A DNA stretch of 64,000 bases, taken from an uncultured Chloroflexia bacterium. Lineage in GTDB: Bacteria > Chloroflexota > Limnocylindria > Limnocylindrales > CSP1-4. The stretch lies in contig CAVVCZ010000002.1 of NCBI GenBank assembly GCA_963746845.1, positions 1 through 64,000 on the forward strand, in the 5' to 3' direction. This document shows positions 58,685 through 64,000 of the stretch, in pieces. Positions within the stretch are counted from its first letter, which is position 1; each line of letters begins with the position of its first letter. A program made the position numbers and the translations under genes. The notes beneath the pieces were generated by a model. That model did no database searches. It had not been told where the DNA came from and worked only from the letters and a program-made list of their open reading frames with translations.

Positions 58685-60030
58685 TCAGCCGATCGGATGG
58701 TTGGCCACGAACAGGCCGGTCGGGTCGTAACGGGCCCTGACCTGCCTGAGCCGGTCGTAGCTCTCCGGGGGGAAGATCGAGCGCGGGTCCGTCCGGGACT
58801 CGGCGAAGTTCAGGTACCGCCGTCCGCTGTCCCACGGCGCGAGCGCTCCGAGGAGGACGTGTTGACCTGACGTTCGACCGCGGCCAACGCCGCCGCGTCC
58901 GGCGTGAGCCCGAACGTGAAGCACACGAACGGCTGGTCGATCGCGTCGAGCGCCCCGTGGTCGGGCGATCGACGGGCGGCGGCCCCGCCCAGGTGCCGAA
59001 CCTCGACATGCAGGAGCGGTGACCCGACGAACGCCTCGACGATCCCGTCGATCGCCGCGGGCGGCAGGTCCGTGATCAGGATTCCCTCGCCCGAATACGG
59101 CAGCGGATCCTCGGGATCCATGTTGACCACGCTCAGCTCGCTGGCCGGCATCGTCGTGACGGTGTCGAACTCCGGGCGGAGGTCGCGGAGTGGCTGGAGG
59201 AGGGCCTCCGCGTCGCTCGCCGAGCCGAGGATCGCGGCCTCGACCAGCACGAACGACCGGCTCCGCAGATGCTCGGGCAGGAACGGGACGTCCGGCAGCT
59301 GGAGCATCCGGCCGAGCGACTCGCAGGCCTCCGGCTCCGTCTCGATCCACGAACGCCAGGCGTTCAGGATCTCGGTCGCCCGCTCGATCGGCCAGAACAG
59401 AGCCCCGGCATAGATCTCGGCGATCGGGAACAGCTCGAGCTCGATCGCGGTCACGGCGGCCACGTTGCCGCCGCCACCGCGGATCGCCCAGAACAGCTCG
59501 GGCTCGGTATCGCGGTCGGCCCGCATCCTGCGACCGTCGGCGGTGACGACCTCGGCCGCGACGATGCTGTTGCAGGCGAGCCCGTGCTCCCGAATCATCC
59601 AGCTGAGACCACCCCCGAGCGCGTACCCGAGCACGCCGACGTTCGGCGACGTGCCGGCGAGGTACGCCAGGCCGTGCTCCCCGGCGGCGACGGCGAGCGG
59701 TCGCGACAGCGCGCCCGCCTCGACCCGCGCGCGCCTCGCCATCGGGTCGATGGTGATCCCCGCCATCCGCTCCGTCTTCAGGAGCAGCGTGTCCCGGCTC
59801 CAGTCGATGGGCCCGGCGTTGTGGCCGCCGGCGTTGAACGCGATGCGAAGCCCGCGCTCGGCGGCGACGAGGACGGCCGCCGCGACGTCATCCGCGGACT
59901 CCGGGTAGACGACCGCGACCGGTCGCTGGTCGACCGCCAGGTTCCACGCCTGCCGCGCCGTGTCCCACGTCTCGTCGCCCGGCAGGACGAGGTCGCCGGC
60001 GATGCGGTCGCGCAGATCGGAAAGGGGCAT
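58685..60030 (-). pseudogene. FAD-binding (BBE-like) oxidoreductase, frameshifted near 58860
   Basis: GGHNA, GYALGGG, ELFWAIRGGGG in one frame; RYLNF...RLRQVRARYDPTGLF continues in another frame. Could be a sequencing error. Confidence 0.8.
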
Positions 60031-60214
60031 CGGGGCCTCGGCCAGAGCACGCGGGCGAGGCCGCGAGCCGCCCGCGGCCTCGGATGATACGAGACGACGG
60101 ACCAGTCACCGGAACCCGTTACAACCAGTCGATCGACTGACGACGCGATTCGGCTGTCCGGGGCACGATAGCCACCGGCCGCTGCCCCGGCCGGGAAGCC
60201 ACAGGAGTCAGGAC

Positions 60215-61460
60215 ATGTCTCACGTCGCAACCGCCCCGGATCCGACCTCCGCCGACTCGGAGACCATCCGCCCGTTCCACGTCGAGGTTCCCCAGGCGGA
60301 GATCGACGAGCTCCGTCGACGGCTCCAGGCGACGCGCTGGCCCGAGAAGGAGACCGTCGCGGACCTGTCACAGGGCGTGCCGCTGGCGACGATGCAGGAG
60401 CTGGTCCGGTACTGGGTCGACGACTACGACTTCGGCCGGGTCGAGGCGAGGCTGAACGCGTTCCCGCAGTTCCTGACCGAGATCGACGGTCTCGACATCC
60501 ACTTCATCCATGCCAAATCGACGCACGCGAACGCCCTGCCGCTGATCATCACGCACGGCTGGCCGGGCTCGATCATCGAGATGCTGAACGTGATCGGCCC
60601 GCTCACCGACCCGATCGCCTACGGCGGCGACGCGGCGGACGCGTTCGACGTGGTCATCCCGTCGATGCCCGGCTACGGATACTCGGCGAAGCCGACCACG
60701 ACCGGTTGGGGCCCGGTCCACATCGCGGACGCGTGGATCCGGCTCATGCGGCGCCTCGGTTACACGCGCTACGTCGCGCAGGGCGGCGACTGGGGTGCCC
60801 AGATCACCGACGTCATCGGGGCTACCGCACCGCCGGAGCTGCTGGGCATCCACACCAACATGCCCGGCACCGTCTTCCCCGACGTGTCCAGGGCCCTGAC
60901 GTCCAACGTGTTCGGGACCGGTCATGCGGCGCCGACCGGGCTGTCACCCGACGAGCAACGGGCCTACGACCGGCTGGCCTTCCTCTTCACCAAGGGCGTC
61001 GGCTACGCCCTCGAGATGGGGAATCGCCCGCAGACGTTGTACGGGCTGTCCGACTCGCCGGCGGCCCTCGCGGCCTGGATGCTGGACCACGACGCGTACA
61101 GCCTCGAGGACATCGCCCGGGCCTTCGCCGGCCACGCCGGTCGACAACCTCACCCGGGACGAGGTCCTCGACAACATCACGATGACCTGGGTCACGAACA
61201 CGGGCATGTCCTCCGGACGGCTGTACTGGGAGAACACCCTCGGCTTCTTCGATGTCAAGGACGTCAAGGTGCCGGCGGCCGTGAGCGTCTTCCCGCGCGA
61301 GCTCTACCAGGCGCCGCGGAGCTGGACCGAGCAGGCCTACCCCAACCTCATCTACTTCAACGAGCTCGACCGCGGCAATCACTTCGCGGCCTGGCAGGAG
61401 CCGGAACTCTTCAGCGAAGAGCTCCGAAAGGCATTCCGATCGCTTCGCTCCCGACACTGA
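60215..61460 (+). pseudogene. Epoxide hydrolase, +1 frameshift near 61133
   Basis: IRPF, HGWPGS, QGGDWG, DSPAALAAW in one frame; LTRDEVLDNI...GNHFAAWQEP in the next frame. Could be a sequencing error. Confidence 0.85.
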
Positions 61461-61503
61461 CCGGATCGTCGACGCGACGAGACCAGGCAAGGAGGGCAGG
61501 TCC

Positions 61504-62592
61504 ATGTCCGATGACACCCGCAGTCCCGACGCAGCCTCGGGCACGGCCACGCTGTCCGCGCCGGCGAGCCGGCCCGGCCTGCTCCGGTCCATCGCCCACC
61601 GGCTCTCGGGCGAGGATGCAACACTGCCCGTTGAGGGCCGCCTTGCCTCATTCGACGGCGCCACCGGCTGGCTCAACTCGGAGCCGCTCACGCCCGAGGG
61701 TCTCCGCGGACGGGTCGTCCTCGTCAATTTCCTGACGTACACGTGCGTCAACTGGCTCCGGACGTTGCCGTATGTCCGGGCCTGGGCCGCGAAGTACGCC
61801 GACGCCGGACTGACGGTCGTCGGGGTCCATACGCCGGAGTTCGGCTTCGAGGCGACCGTCGACAATGTCGTCGCGCAGCTGCGCGCGCTCGACGTCGAGT
61901 TTCCGATCGCGATCGACAGCAAGTACGGCGTCTGGCAGGCCTTCGCGAATCACTTCTGGCCGGCGGTCTACATCGCGGACGCGGAAGGCCGGATTCGGTT
62001 CCACCATTTCGGCGAGGGCGAGTACGCGATGACCGAGATGGTGATCCAGCAGCTCCTCCTCGACGCCGGCGCGCAAGCCATCGATCAGAGCCTGGTGGAG
62101 GTCGAGCCGCGCGGGCTCGAGGTGGCCGCCGACTGGCGGACGCTCCGATCGCCCGAGACCTACACCGGCTATGGCCAGGCCACGGGCTTCGCGTCCGAAG
62201 GGGCGGCGTCCTTCGACCGGCCGCGTGTCTACACGGCGGCGGCGCGGCTCCCGCTCAACCATTGGGACCTGTCCGGAACCTGGACGGTCGCCCGGCACGC
62301 GGCGATCGCGAACGAGCCGGGCGGGCGGATCGCGTTCCAGTTCCAGGCTCGCGACGTCAACCTCGTGATGGGCCCGGCGACCCCGGGCGCCACCGTGCCG
62401 TTCCGCGTCTATCTCGACGGCCAGCCAGCAGCTGACGCTCACGGGACCGACGTGGACGCGAACGGTGCCGGCGTCGTCGACGATCAGACCACCTACCAGC
62501 TGATCCGCCAGACCGGAGAGATCTCCGAGCACCGGTTCGAGATCGAGTTCCTCGAGGCGGGCGTCGAGGCCTACTGCTTCACGTTCGGCTGA
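61504..62592 (+). CDS. DipZ-like redoxin (thioredoxin + C-terminal beta domain, no CcdA domain)
   Basis: WLNSEPL, TYTCVNW, GVHTPEF, HFGEGEY, SPETY, AYCFTFG. Confidence 0.9.
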   Translation: MSDDTRSPDAASGTATLSAPASRPGLLRSIAHRLSGEDATLPVEGRLASFDGATGWLNSEPLTPEGLRGRVVLVNFLTYTCVNWLRTLPYVRAWAAKYADAGLTVVGVHTPEFGFEATVDNVVAQLRALDVEFPIAIDSKYGVWQAFANHFWPAVYIADAEGRIRFHHFGEGEYAMTEMVIQQLLLDAGAQAIDQSLVEVEPRGLEVAADWRTLRSPETYTGYGQATGFASEGAASFDRPRVYTAAARLPLNHWDLSGTWTVARHAAIANEPGGRIAFQFQARDVNLVMGPATPGATVPFRVYLDGQPAADAHGTDVDANGAGVVDDQTTYQLIRQTGEISEHRFEIEFLEAGVEAYCFTFG

Positions 62593-62611
62593 GCCGCGTC
62601 CGTCTCCCGGC

Positions 62612-63250
62612 TCAGGTCCGGCCGGGGACGAGCAGCCCGCGCTCGTAGGCTGCGGCGACCGCCGCCGCGCGGTCGTTCACGTCGAGCTTGGCGTAGATGT
62701 GCAGGAGGTGCGTCTTGACCGTCGCCTCCGAGATGAACAGGCGGGCCGCCGCGCCGCGGTTCGTCTCCCCCTGGGCGATCAGCGTCAGGACCTCCAGCTC
62801 GCGGTCGCTCAGCGCGTCCTGCGCGGGCGCGCGCAGCTGGCTGACGAGCCGCGTCGCGACCGACGGCGCGAGGACCGCCTCGTCGCGGGCCGCGGCCCGG
62901 ATCGCGCGGACGAGCTGTTCGCGCGGGGCGTCCTTCAGGAGGTAGCCGGTGGCACCGGCCTCGAGCGCGGGCACCACGTCGCTGTCGGAGTCGTACGTCG
63001 TGAGCACGAGGACGCGGGCCTCGGACCCCTGTTCGGCCAGCTGCCGGATCGCCGCCGCGCCGCCCAGACCCGGCATCCGCAGGTCCATCAGGACGACGTC
63101 CGGCCGGAGCGACCCGACGAGGGCCAGCGCCTCGGCCCCGTCTGCCGCCTCGCCCACGACCTCGAGGTCCGGGTCTCCGGACAGCATCCCGCGCAGTCCG
63201 TCACGCACGACCGGATGGTCGTCGACGATCAGCAGCCGGATGGGGCTCAC
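62612..63250 (-). CDS. NarL/LuxR-type response regulator
   Basis: IVDDHPVVRDG, MDLRMP, GYLLKD, TVKTHLLHIYAKL; GTG 63250 overlaps kinase stop. Confidence 0.95.
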   Translation of the reverse strand: MSPIRLLIVDDHPVVRDGLRGMLSGDPDLEVVGEAADGAEALALVGSLRPDVVLMDLRMPGLGGAAAIRQLAEQGSEARVLVLTTYDSDSDVVPALEAGATGYLLKDAPREQLVRAIRAAARDEAVLAPSVATRLVSQLRAPAQDALSDRELEVLTLIAQGETNRGAAARLFISEATVKTHLLHIYAKLDVNDRAAAVAAAYERGLLVPGRT

Positions 63251-63999
63251 GGCGTAGTGGCCGGCGACCCGGCGTCGATCGCCGGGACGCGGGCCGAGAC
63301 GGCCGTCCCGCCGCCCGGCTCCGATTCGATCGCGAGCGAGCCGGCGACGCGGGCCACCCGCTGGCGCATCCCCGTCATCCCGAACCCCGACCCATCGTCG
63401 GACCCGGGTTCGGCGACCTGGAAGCCCACGCCGTCGTCGCGGACGTCGAGCGTCACGACGTCGCCCATGTAGGACAGCGTCAACCACGCGTGCGAGGCGC
63501 CGGCATGGCGGGCGACGTTCGCCAGCGCCTCCTGGGCGATCCGCAGGAGCGCGACGTCGATCTCGGGATGGAGCGCGATGACGTCGCCGGTGACCGCGAC
63601 CTCCACCGGGATGGCGTTGATCTCGGACCAATCGCGGGCCACGTCGGCGAGGGCATCCGACAGCGTCCCGGACTCGAGCGCCGCAGGCATCGACGCCTCG
63701 ACGGACCGGCGCGCCTCGGTGAGGCTCTCGCGGGCCAGTCGCTCGGCGTTCTCCAGGTGCCGGTCGCGATCGGCCGACCGGTCGCGCGCGTGGTCGGCCG
63801 CCTCGAGCTGGGTGACGATGCCGATCAGGCCCTGGGCGATGGTGTCGTGGATCTCGCGTGCCATCCGGGCCCGCTCGTCGAGCACGCCGGCCTCGCGGGC
63901 CTGGGTGAGCAGCTGGGCGTGGAGGCCGGCGTTCTCCTGGAGCGCCGCCTCGAGCCGGGCGAGCGCCTGGCGGCGTTCCTCGCTCTGCTCGGTGACCTT
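63247..63999 (-). CDS. Sensor histidine kinase (HisKA_3), 5' end beyond window
   Basis: ERARMAREIHDTIAQG, QEALANVARHA, DDGVGF, GFGMTGMRQR. Confidence 0.93.
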   Translation of the reverse strand, partial: KVTEQSEERRQALARLEAALQENAGLHAQLLTQAREAGVLDERARMAREIHDTIAQGLIGIVTQLEAADHARDRSADRDRHLENAERLARESLTEARRSVEASMPAALESGTLSDALADVARDWSEINAIPVEVAVTGDVIALHPEIDVALLRIAQEALANVARHAGASHAWLTLSYMGDVVTLDVRDDGVGFQVAEPGSDDGSGFGMTGMRQRVARVAGSLAIESEPGGGTAVSARVPAIDAGSPATTP

Positions 64000-64000
64000 C

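Noticed and set aside
61120-61150. Programmed ribosomal frameshift in the epoxide hydrolase
   Set aside because: No slippery sequence or stimulatory structure; a simple indel is more parsimonious.

Overview
High-GC (roughly 70%, by eye) bacterial chromosomal window with about 57 CDS. I found no rRNA, tRNA, CRISPR array, transposase or phage genes. The gene style suggests Chloroflexota (Limnocylindria-like) or Actinomycetota, which is inference only. Left arm (1-10.7 kb): stand-alone NHEJ-type primase-polymerase (missed by the ORF track), a lipoprotein divergent from an ECF sigma/anti-sigma pair with twin back-to-back promoters, DUF2652-SRPBCC, a YciI-ECF42 pair, a collagen-like protein and two unknowns. 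Centre (10.8-52 kb): a ~41 kb transport/stress block with a MalT-like LuxR regulator, histidine kinase and two response regulators, HdeD, 2 SulP, 2 AI-2E, FGE plus 2 Cys-type sulfatases, an arcABC arginine deiminase operon with NhaC- and YfcC-type carriers and a P-type ATPase, MFS, HAD, SPFH, PLD, SLC13, AbgT and M17 peptidase. Right arm (52-64 kb): TetR and MarR divergons with palindromic operators, Dyp peroxidase, two more ECF sigmas (one with a Kelch anti-sigma and lipoprotein), two frameshifted enzymes, a DipZ-like redoxin and a two-component pair. The best candidate for an undescribed system is a modular ECF/anti-sigma/lipoprotein family that shares an N-terminal anti-sigma+TM segment but carries different extracellular sensor domains. 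All family calls come from motif recognition, not database searches.
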